From Geopsychrobacteraceae bacterium (GTDB lineage: Bacteria; Desulfobacterota; Desulfuromonadia; Desulfuromonadales; Geopsychrobacteraceae): a stretch of 64,000 bases of DNA. The notes under the pieces were generated by a model. The model did not search any database and was not told the origin of the DNA. It saw nothing but the letters and a program-made list of their open reading frames with translations. The position numbers and the translations under genes were made by a program. Shown in pieces: positions 1-7,370 of the stretch (its first letter is position 1; the number at the start of each line of letters is the position of its first letter). Where the stretch lies: NCBI GenBank assembly GCA_963662315.1, contig OY759353.1, positions 1,408,001 through 1,472,000 on the forward strand, in the 5' to 3' direction.

Positions 1-190
1 CAGCGCCATGCGCGTCGACTGGAACATTTCTCTATTCCATTACCGAAGCCAGGGGGGCGATTTTGGCCGCGTCCTGATCGGCCTTGAAATTCCACAAGGT
101 GATTCGGGTCATTTAGATGATTTTCTCAATAAGCTTGGCTATCATTTCATTGAAGAAACTCAGGACCCAGCCTATAAACTGTTTTTGTGA
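1..190 (+). CDS. ilvA: Threonine dehydratase (biosynthetic), C-terminal regulatory end; partial, begins before the window
   Basis: WNISLFHYR..G.D.GRVL.G and E.T.DPAYKLFL match the IlvA C-terminus; the frame is open to the window edge. Confidence 0.85.
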   Translation, partial: SAMRVDWNISLFHYRSQGGDFGRVLIGLEIPQGDSGHLDDFLNKLGYHFIEETQDPAYKLFL

Positions 191-312
191 AAAACGCAGT
201 AGCTTAGTGTTGTTATGTGAGAAATTAACCGACCTGCAGATTTTCCATTTGTGACTTTTTCTGACACTCAAATCCTTTAGAGTTGCTTTATCTCTAACCC
301 TCAGGAAAAGTT

Positions 313-1614
313 ATGAACCCCCAGGTACTTTCACCTCAACCAGCCAATATTCTTATTGCTGGCCCGCTACCCTTTGAAAAAAAACTCGAAATCCTCAGCG
401 GAGCGGCTAAATACGACGCTTCCTGTGCCTCGAGCGGCAGCACCCGCAAGGGGAAAGGGCTTGGCTCGGCCCACCGCAGCGGAATCTGTCATTCGTGGTC
501 AGCGGATGGTCGCTGTATCTCATTACTGAAAGTTCTTTTCAGCAATGCCTGTCATTTCGACTGCGCCTATTGCCTGAACCGCCGTAGCAACGATCATCAG
601 CGTGCCACATTCACACCAGCAGAACTTGCGCGCTTGACTATTGAATTTTATCGCCGCAACTATATTGAAGGACTGTTCCTGAGCTCAGCAATTTTCACCA
701 CCCCCGACAGAACCATGGAGGCGATGCTTCAGGTCCTCAAATTATTACGTCACGAATATAACTTTCATGGCTACATTCACTTAAAAGCGATTCCCGGTTG
801 CAGCCAGGAGCTGATCGCCGAAGGAACCCGTCTGGCCGACCGCATGAGTGCCAATATCGAACTTCCAAGTGCGCCAAGCCTAGCCTTGCTTGCCCCGGAA
901 AAAAAAGAGCACGACATCATCAAGGTATTTCACGACAGCCAAAAACAATTGCCAAAAGTTCCTGAGAGCAAAAGAACAAACCGTCAACAGGGGATCGGCA
1001 TGAGTACCCAGATGATTATCGGAGCATCACCGGAAGATGACCGTACGATCATTCACCGCGCTGGAGATCTATACCGTATTCCTCAGTTAAAAAGGGTTTA
1101 TTATTCTGCCTACATTCCGGTGAACAGGGATGCCAGGCTGCCAAGCCTGGGTTTAGGTGCCCCCCTGCTACGGGAACACCGCCTCTATCAGGCAGACTGG
1201 CTACTGCGATTTTACGCCTTTGACGTCACAGAAATTTTGGCTGACAATCAGCAGTTCCTCGACCCCGAACTCGATCCAAAAACCGCTTGGGCTTTGCGTA
1301 ATCGAGGGCTCTATCCGGTGAATATCAATCAAGCCAGCAAAAGAACCTTATTACGCGTTCCCGGTCTGGGCATTCGCTCTTGTCAGCGCATTCTGAAAGC
1401 ACGCCGTTACGCGCGCCTGCGTATCGCGGATCTTGCCCCCCTTGGTGTCGTCATGAAACGAGCACAACACTTTCTTACTGATGGGTTTTCCGGCCCCCCA
1501 AAGGACCCAACCTCTGAACAGCTGCGCAGTCTGCTCCTGAAGCCCTCATCGCCACAGCTGTCTTTTGATTTTTCGACACCGGCAACATCGACAGCAATCT
1601 CGGGGGAGTTATGA
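313..1614 (+). CDS. Putative DNA modification/repair radical SAM protein (TIGR03916 type)
   Basis: KLEILSGAAKYDASCASSG, GICHSWSADGRCISLLK, CxxxCxxC (CHFDCAYC), REHRLYQADWLLRFY, HhH motif LLRVPGLG. Confidence 0.92.
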   Translation: MNPQVLSPQPANILIAGPLPFEKKLEILSGAAKYDASCASSGSTRKGKGLGSAHRSGICHSWSADGRCISLLKVLFSNACHFDCAYCLNRRSNDHQRATFTPAELARLTIEFYRRNYIEGLFLSSAIFTTPDRTMEAMLQVLKLLRHEYNFHGYIHLKAIPGCSQELIAEGTRLADRMSANIELPSAPSLALLAPEKKEHDIIKVFHDSQKQLPKVPESKRTNRQQGIGMSTQMIIGASPEDDRTIIHRAGDLYRIPQLKRVYYSAYIPVNRDARLPSLGLGAPLLREHRLYQADWLLRFYAFDVTEILADNQQFLDPELDPKTAWALRNRGLYPVNINQASKRTLLRVPGLGIRSCQRILKARRYARLRIADLAPLGVVMKRAQHFLTDGFSGPPKDPTSEQLRSLLLKPSSPQLSFDFSTPATSTAISGEL

Positions 1615-2390
1615 TTATCCGTTATGACAAAACTTTGACCGGTTTTTGCTGCCTGTTGGGTACCATCATAAAAAAACGCCTCCAATGGTCGGCCATAACC
1701 GGAATGCAAGACCCGCAGACAGTCGCACTTTTTGATCAGGAGCACATCATTACCAGTAACCAGCAGTGGGCTGAACAGGTCACCAGAGGGCTGAAAGAAA
1801 AACTGGGAACGGAATTCGTGCGCAAACTGGGGTTGGCGTTCCTAAGTGAAAAGGACAATATTGAAGCGGACCTGATCATGGTGACCAGATCCGCCTTGAA
1901 GTATGGCAGGGATTTTTTACAGCAGCTTCATCATCCACGTATTCACACCCTCGAAGAAGCAGCCCTGAAAACCGGTCGTGAGAGACATCGTTTATTAGGA
2001 CTGATCCGCTTTTGTAAACTGGCGGATCACAGCTATTTTGCCGAAGTTGAACCCCGCACCAATGTCATCCCCCTGCTGGGAAACCATTTTTCTGAGCGCT
2101 TTGCTGATCAGAATTGGATTATCTGCGACAAACGGCGCAACTCTGCAGTTATCGGCATAAACGGCCACTGGCAATACGAGACCAACTTTGAAATGCTCGA
2201 CAAACCAGCAAGCCATTACAGTGAAACAGATATTGCGCAACTGTGGTGCTCTTTTTATCACAACATCAGCAATCCGCAACGTCTTAACCCGGCCTTGCGT
2301 AATCAGTTTATGCCTAAATATTATTGGCGCTACCTGACCGAAATGCAGCCACGGCAGATAAATTCCACGCCAATAAACACCATCCCTTAG
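1611..2390 (+). CDS. TIGR03915/DUF4130 putative DNA-repair partner protein
   Basis: ATGA overlap with the radical SAM gene; ERHRLLGLIRF, HFSERFADQNWII.D, FMPKYYWRYLTEM motifs. Confidence 0.88.
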   Translation: MIIRYDKTLTGFCCLLGTIIKKRLQWSAITGMQDPQTVALFDQEHIITSNQQWAEQVTRGLKEKLGTEFVRKLGLAFLSEKDNIEADLIMVTRSALKYGRDFLQQLHHPRIHTLEEAALKTGRERHRLLGLIRFCKLADHSYFAEVEPRTNVIPLLGNHFSERFADQNWIICDKRRNSAVIGINGHWQYETNFEMLDKPASHYSETDIAQLWCSFYHNISNPQRLNPALRNQFMPKYYWRYLTEMQPRQINSTPINTIP

Positions 2391-2439
2391 GGAAAGAATA
2401 ACCCTAACCGCCAAGGTCTGAGCGCAAGACCAATATAAG

Positions 2440-3207
2440 CTATTTCTTTTTGGCAATCAGTCCAGCCAGGAACGCTTGCACGTTTTCTTCTGTCTCTGGC
2501 ACCGCACACAAAGTTGCAAAAAGATCATCCATAAGATCAAGCCCCTGATGATAGGTTGCTGACGTCATACGCTTGAGCCCCTCCTTCCCGATTTTCAACG
2601 CCGCTGGACTTTTGCTGGCCAACTTCCTGGCCAATTGCAGTGTTTCATTAGCAAGCTGATCATCGGCCACAACCTTATTAACCAGCCCTAAACGCTCGGC
2701 CTCGCCGGCGGAAATCATATCACCGGTTAAAACCATCTCCATGGTTTTCTTACGCCCGATAATCTGAGCCATCGGCATCGCCGGTCCAAGGCAGATCAAC
2801 CCGACATTGATTGCAGTTGTCCCAAACACGGAGGACTCCGCCGCCACAGTCATATCACAAGCAAAAGACAAACCAGCCCCGTTAGCCAAAGCGTACCCCT
2901 GGACGGAGGAAATAGTCGGCTTATTGAGTTTAGCCAGCGTATGATAAAACGCATCAATGCCATACAAAAACTGGCGGTAATCACCAAGGGATTTGTCCTT
3001 AAATTGATCCAGAGAGATCCCGGTACAGAAATTTCTGCCGGCAGCATCAACCACAATGACCCTGACTTCAGGATTTTCTTCCATCTGCCACAAGGCACTA
3101 TCAAGCTGACTGGCGAACTCCGGGATAAACGTATTGTTTGCCTCTGGCCTATTGAGAGTGACAAAACCGATATTATTCTCGACCCGACTTAGAACCAACC
3201 CCGTCAT
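2440..3207 (-). CDS. Enoyl-CoA hydratase/isomerase (crotonase) family protein
   Basis: TLNRPEANN, FCTGISL, KPTISSVQGYALANG, EAERLGLVNKVV; start moved to ATG 3207, which follows an AGGGGAGA RBS. Confidence 0.9.
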   Translation of the reverse strand: MTGLVLSRVENNIGFVTLNRPEANNTFIPEFASQLDSALWQMEENPEVRVIVVDAAGRNFCTGISLDQFKDKSLGDYRQFLYGIDAFYHTLAKLNKPTISSVQGYALANGAGLSFACDMTVAAESSVFGTTAINVGLICLGPAMPMAQIIGRKKTMEMVLTGDMISAGEAERLGLVNKVVADDQLANETLQLARKLASKSPAALKIGKEGLKRMTSATYHQGLDLMDDLFATLCAVPETEENVQAFLAGLIAKKK

Positions 3208-3320
3208 AGAATCTCCCCTGCATAATTTAAATGATCTGCTGATATAAAGTATCCTCTTAGACGCCAAAGTTATTTTTTGAATATTTTTCTTTCATGCTAT
3301 CGAAAAAAAAGATAGAATGC

Positions 3321-3336
3321 AAATATTCGAATATTT
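3321..3336. promoter_or_regulatory. Perfect 16-bp palindrome AAATATTCGAATATTT, candidate repressor operator
   Basis: Palindrome in the divergent intergenic region, just upstream of the FmdB-gene RBS. Confidence 0.45.
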
Positions 3337-3354
3337 AAAGAAATGGAGATAGAT

Positions 3355-3546
3355 GTGCCAATTTTTGAATATCGTTGCCGCTCTTGCGGGCATCTTGTGG
3401 AAAAAATTCAACGTCTCCCGCAACCAGATATGCCCTGTCCACAATGTGGCAGAGCTGCCCAGCGGGCAATATCAAAGCCGTCGGTTCCGACCACGACCGG
3501 CAGTTCTTGCGCTAGTGCAGGCGGCAGTGGTTTTACCTGAGGATAG
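3355..3546 (+). CDS. FmdB-family zinc-ribbon protein, probable selenoprotein (C-terminal ...GSGFT-U-G)
   Basis: GTG start after a GGAG RBS; MPIFEYRCRSCG..CPQCG ribbon; TGA 3538-3540 followed by GGA TAG and a hairpin at 3549-3573. If Sec is not inserted the CDS ends at 3540. Confidence 0.75.
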
Positions 3547-3548
3547 TT

Positions 3549-3573
3549 ATTGGGCGGCGTGACCTCCCCCAAT
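3549..3573 (+). promoter_or_regulatory. Candidate bacterial SECIS hairpin for UGA 3538
   Basis: ATTGGG/CCCAAT stem with inner GG/CC pairs closing a CGUGA loop, starting 8 nt after the UGA. Confidence 0.5.
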
Positions 3574-3666
3574 TATACCATGACAGCGTCTCGGTAATAA
3601 GCACGCGGGACATTATTATTGAACATAGCGCAAACGGGTTTATTCAGAACAAAGGAGGAATCCCTC

Positions 3667-3954
3667 ATGCTGACGATGACCGATACGGCCAGAGACAAAT
3701 TTAAAGAACTAAAAACTGAACACCCAGACAGGCACCTGCGTGTTATTTTTGAAGGATTTGGCTGAGGCGGTCCCCGTCTGGGATTAGCTCTGGAAGAGCT
3801 AAAAATAGCAGAGCAAATTCACGTTATTAACGAAATTGAACTGATGATTGACGCCAGCGTCCTGCCTTATACAGTTGGCAATCAAATTGACTATATCAAG
3901 AACGCCTACGGTCAGGGCTTTGCCATTGTTCCTGCCCATGGCAGCAGTTGTTGA
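3667..3954 (+). CDS. HesB/IscA-like selenoprotein (95 aa, Sec at codon 33); absent from the ORF track
   Basis: AAAGGAGG RBS; MLTMTDTARDKFKEL..LRVIFEGFG-U(TGA 3763-3765)-GGPRLGLALEE..IDY..GQGFAI..GSSC*; HesB-like sequence continues in frame on both sides of the TGA. Confidence 0.9.
3784..3802 (+). promoter_or_regulatory. SECIS hairpin for UGA 3763
   Basis: 8-bp stem TTAGCTCT/AGAGCTAA with a GGA loop, 18 nt downstream of the in-frame UGA. Confidence 0.75.
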
Positions 3955-3963
3955 TCAAACAAC

Positions 3964-3992
3964 AAAAAGCCCGGTATAACACCGGGCTTTTT
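3964..3992. terminator. Bidirectional intrinsic terminator
   Basis: AAAAAGCCCGGT-ataac-ACCGGGCTTTTT between the convergent HesB-like and cyd genes. Confidence 0.85.
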
Positions 3993-4016
3993 GCCTCCAG
4001 TTTTTAACAAAACCGC

Positions 4017-4100
4017 TTACAAAAGGTTCCAGCTCCCAAGCAACTTGACAGCGGCATAGTAAGACACGGCAATTAGCGCCATCCAGACAATTATTTCCAT
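4017..4100 (-). CDS. 27-aa single-TM peptide downstream of cydB (CydX-like accessory subunit candidate)
   Basis: GAGGAG RBS overlapping the cydB stop, then ATG: MEIIVWMALIAVSYYAAVKLLGSWNLL*, ending just before the terminator. Confidence 0.75.
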   Translation of the reverse strand: MEIIVWMALIAVSYYAAVKLLGSWNLL

Positions 4101-4112
4101 AGCAGTTCTCCT

Positions 4113-5240
4113 CTAGTAACTCTTCTTATCAGAAGCAAGTTCTTCAATCGTCAGCTTTTTGCTATCCATCTGACGCCACACATAAACGATGTAGGCCAGA
4201 ACGAATGGTACTGTCAAGGCAACGTAGGACATCATGGTCAGCGTATAGTGACTGCTTGAAGCATTGTAAATCGTCAGACTGCTGGCAATATTCGATTTGG
4301 ACGGGTAGAAAGAGGTATCGTTGTACCCGGCCAGGAAAAAGATCGCAAGACAGGTCAGAACCGTTCCCAGGCCCGCAGGCCAGACACCGCGCACCGATGG
4401 CGTAAAACGATTTAAAGCTACGCCAAGTACAACCAGAACCAGTCCAGCCAGTAACAGTATCAGGTTAAGGGGCATCTGCAGAAGATTATTCAGATACTTG
4501 TGAGCTTCAATAATCACCTGCCCTTGGCCATTAATAGCATAACCGTCCATTACCAGTAGACTGATCAGCACGTAAAGCAAAAATGGCAAGGCACACAGCA
4601 GGTTATTAAATGAAGAAATCTTCAACCGAGCGACCAAAGATTCATGATCGAGGCAATTGGCAAGATACAACGCGCCAAGGGTCCGCGCCAGGAAAACCAG
4701 AAAGATACCGAAGGCCAGATTAAACAGACTGAAAGCAGCTTCCAGACCACGCAGGGCATGATCCCATTTGACCAGGTTGAATTCATTCAGAGTAAAATTG
4801 GAACCGCTGAAGAAGGTTGCAACCGCAGCGCCAATTAACAGGACCCCGACAGTACCATTAATGAACATGAAGATTTCGTAAGTTTTTTGTCCCAGGAAAT
4901 TATCAGGCTTACGGCGGTACTCATAGCTGACGGCCTGAATAATAAAAGTGAACAGAATTGCCAACCAGACCCAGTAGGCGCCACCGAAACTGGTTGCATA
5001 GAAGAGCGGGAAGGACGCGTAGAACGCCCCGCCAAACAGAACCAGAGTCGTGAAAGTCAGTTCCCACTTACGCCCCAGGGCATTGACCATCAGTGTCTTT
5101 TCATCTTCACCGGCCGGGATGGTCAGTAACAAGGTCTGCCCTCCTTGAACAAAGGTCAGAAAAACGAAGAGAGAACCAACAACCGAAACAATCAGCCACC
5201 AGAACTGTTGCAACGTTGACCAATCAAGGCTACCAAACAT
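4113..5240 (-). CDS. cydB: Cytochrome bd ubiquinol oxidase subunit II
   Basis: Multi-TM; GRKWELTFTTLVLFGGAFYASFP, SLTIYNASSSHYTL; follows cydA. Confidence 0.95.
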   Translation of the reverse strand: MFGSLDWSTLQQFWWLIVSVVGSLFVFLTFVQGGQTLLLTIPAGEDEKTLMVNALGRKWELTFTTLVLFGGAFYASFPLFYATSFGGAYWVWLAILFTFIIQAVSYEYRRKPDNFLGQKTYEIFMFINGTVGVLLIGAAVATFFSGSNFTLNEFNLVKWDHALRGLEAAFSLFNLAFGIFLVFLARTLGALYLANCLDHESLVARLKISSFNNLLCALPFLLYVLISLLVMDGYAINGQGQVIIEAHKYLNNLLQMPLNLILLLAGLVLVVLGVALNRFTPSVRGVWPAGLGTVLTCLAIFFLAGYNDTSFYPSKSNIASSLTIYNASSSHYTLTMMSYVALTVPFVLAYIVYVWRQMDSKKLTIEELASDKKSY

Positions 5241-5242
5241 AG

Positions 5243-6778
5243 TTACTCTCCTTCCGGACCAAGAGAAATCTGCTTGGTCATTATTTTGAGCTCAGCGATC
5301 AGCAGAGCGGTAAACAGTACCAGGAATAAAAAGAACGTGACCATGACGGTTCCCGCGTCTAGATTTGAGCGTGCCACGGTAACCGGCAGCATATCCTGAA
5401 TCGCCCAGGGCTGACGGCCGACTTCCGAAACAATCCAACCCGCCTGGGATGCAATCCACGACAGAAACAAAGAAAGGACACCAAGACGTAAGATGAACGG
5501 CTTATTCTCCAGTTGCCCTTTTTCCATGAGATAGATGTAGACAAGGAACAACAGGACGAAGAAGGTTCCGAGACCAACCATGATCCGGAAAGCATAAAAT
5601 GTTAAGGCGACAGGCGGAACGGCCTGTTCTGCATTTTCAAGATGTCCATAACCAAAATATTGGCGATGCTGGTCAAACAGAGATAAAGCGCTTCCAGCTG
5701 CAACTTCATCACCAGCAGTTTTAGCGGATTTATAATCCCCCAGACTGGTCACAGCGAGTTTGCCCCGCCGGATCTTCTCTTCGACACTCATAATCCCTTC
5801 AGCTTCGTTACCAAAGACCAGATCATTTATACCTGGAACAAAGCCCTCAAAACTGCGCTTGGCAAGCAGGGTCAACATTCCGGGAATCTCAATTTTGGCA
5901 ATAAACGGATCTTGGTCATCACCAGGCTTTTTATCACCATTAACAAGCCCGATAGCGATCAGTCCGGTCGGCGAATGTCCCTCATACAAAGCTTCCATGG
6001 CAGCCAGTTTCATAGGCTGGGTTCTGGCCGTGAGAAAAGCGTGCTCATCACCTGTATAGGCGACAAAAACTGAGCTGAGCAGGCCGAAAACACAAGCCAC
6101 AGCAATAGACCGTTTGGCAAACTTGACATGCCTTTTCTTAAGAAGATACCAACTGGAAATACCGACAACGAACAGCGATGAAAGTAAAAAGCCGGAACTG
6201 GTTGCATGAACAAAATGGCCGATAGCTACCGGGGAGGATATAACTGCCCATAGATCAACCATTTCAAAGCGCGCCGTATCCGGGTTGAAATGCATGCCGA
6301 CAGGATATTGCATCCACCCATTGGCAACCAGAATCCACATGGCAGAAAGATTGGAACCAACGGCAACCATCCAGGTGGAAAATAGATGGAATTTTTTCGA
6401 AACACGATTCCAGCCGAAAAACATAACAGCAAAGAATGTCGCCTCAAGGAAGAAAGCCAGAATACCTTCGATAGCGAGCGGTGCACCAAAGATGTCTCCA
6501 ACCATCCATGAATAGTTCGACCAGTTTGTCCCGAATTCAAATTCAAGAATAATTCCGGTGGCAACCCCAATGGCGAAGTTGATCCCAAACAGGGTCATCC
6601 AGAATCGCGTCAACCGCTTCCACTCTTCATTTCCGGTACGCACGTAAATCGATTCAAAGAATGCGCACAGAAAGGACAAACCAAGTGTCAAAGGAACAAA
6701 GATCCAATGATACATGGCTGTTAGAGCAAACGTTGCACGCGCCCAATTCACCATACTTAAATCAATCTGATCTATCAC
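5243..6778 (-). CDS. cydA: Cytochrome bd ubiquinol oxidase subunit I
   Basis: FALTAMYHWIFVPLTLG, EFEFGTNW, QPMKLAAME, EVGRQPW. Confidence 0.97.
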   Translation of the reverse strand: MIDQIDLSMVNWARATFALTAMYHWIFVPLTLGLSFLCAFFESIYVRTGNEEWKRLTRFWMTLFGINFAIGVATGIILEFEFGTNWSNYSWMVGDIFGAPLAIEGILAFFLEATFFAVMFFGWNRVSKKFHLFSTWMVAVGSNLSAMWILVANGWMQYPVGMHFNPDTARFEMVDLWAVISSPVAIGHFVHATSSGFLLSSLFVVGISSWYLLKKRHVKFAKRSIAVACVFGLLSSVFVAYTGDEHAFLTARTQPMKLAAMEALYEGHSPTGLIAIGLVNGDKKPGDDQDPFIAKIEIPGMLTLLAKRSFEGFVPGINDLVFGNEAEGIMSVEEKIRRGKLAVTSLGDYKSAKTAGDEVAAGSALSLFDQHRQYFGYGHLENAEQAVPPVALTFYAFRIMVGLGTFFVLLFLVYIYLMEKGQLENKPFILRLGVLSLFLSWIASQAGWIVSEVGRQPWAIQDMLPVTVARSNLDAGTVMVTFFLFLVLFTALLIAELKIMTKQISLGPEGE

Positions 6779-6855
6779 GCTTTTCCTCCTCTTTTAAGCT
6801 GATCAGGGTTAGCCACTTAAATACAGCATTTTAAGTGGTGGCAGAAATTGTATTA

Positions 6856-7080
6856 CTAGCGGGTTGCTTCTTGTGCTGGTCGCGTGATGTTTTGCAACAC
6901 ATGATCAGCACGTTCGGCGTCAGTAGCAAATTTTGTTGCAAGAAAATCCGGGAAAAAAAACACTTTGAGAATCGCAAACATGATGAACAATTTAATAAAT
7001 ATGATTTTCCACAATGCCCGCCCGACAACCATAGAGCGAAACCCGTCATAATAAAGGTGAAAAATATTTTTTAAGGACAT
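6856..7080 (-). CDS. DUF4492-type small membrane protein upstream of cydA
   Basis: YYDGFRSM..G..LWKIIFIKLFIMFAILKVFFFPDFL signature; ATG 7080. Confidence 0.85.
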   Translation of the reverse strand: MSLKNIFHLYYDGFRSMVVGRALWKIIFIKLFIMFAILKVFFFPDFLATKFATDAERADHVLQNITRPAQEATR

Positions 7081-7170
7081 TTCAGCACCGTCGTCACGAT
7101 TAAATGTGGGCAATAGATTTGTAACAAATTTGGTTATGTTTACACCGCATGGGAAAGATAGTCAAGGAGA

Positions 7171-7198
7171 ATTATAACAGCAGTGGTCATGTTTTCAA
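7171..7198 (-). promoter_or_regulatory. sigma70-type promoter for the cyd operon
   Basis: Minus strand TTGAAA-N16-TATAAT with an extended TG. Confidence 0.55.
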
Positions 7199-7216
7199 GA
7201 TTAACAAACCAATGAA

Positions 7217-7241
7217 TTTGTTGACTATTTTAGACAGGAAT
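7217..7241. promoter_or_regulatory. IscR/Rrf2-type operator candidate
   Basis: TTTGTTGACTATTTTAGACAGGAAT matches 21/25 positions of the E. coli IscR type-1 consensus ATASYYGACTRwwwYAGTCRRSTAT. Confidence 0.55.
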
Positions 7242-7370
7242 AAGATTTTCCGTACACTACAATTATGGTCATAAAGGTCGGGCGGCTTTAAAACCTCTGT
7301 TCTTTCAGTCAACTATCGTGCACAATGAAGCGAGTGTTACCGACAACCAATATCCAAGAATTCTTGCCTC

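Noticed and set aside
3667..3954. Pseudogene reading of the HesB-like gene
   Set aside because: The TGA sits exactly at a Cys-equivalent position and is followed by a SECIS-like hairpin; the rest of the frame is intact
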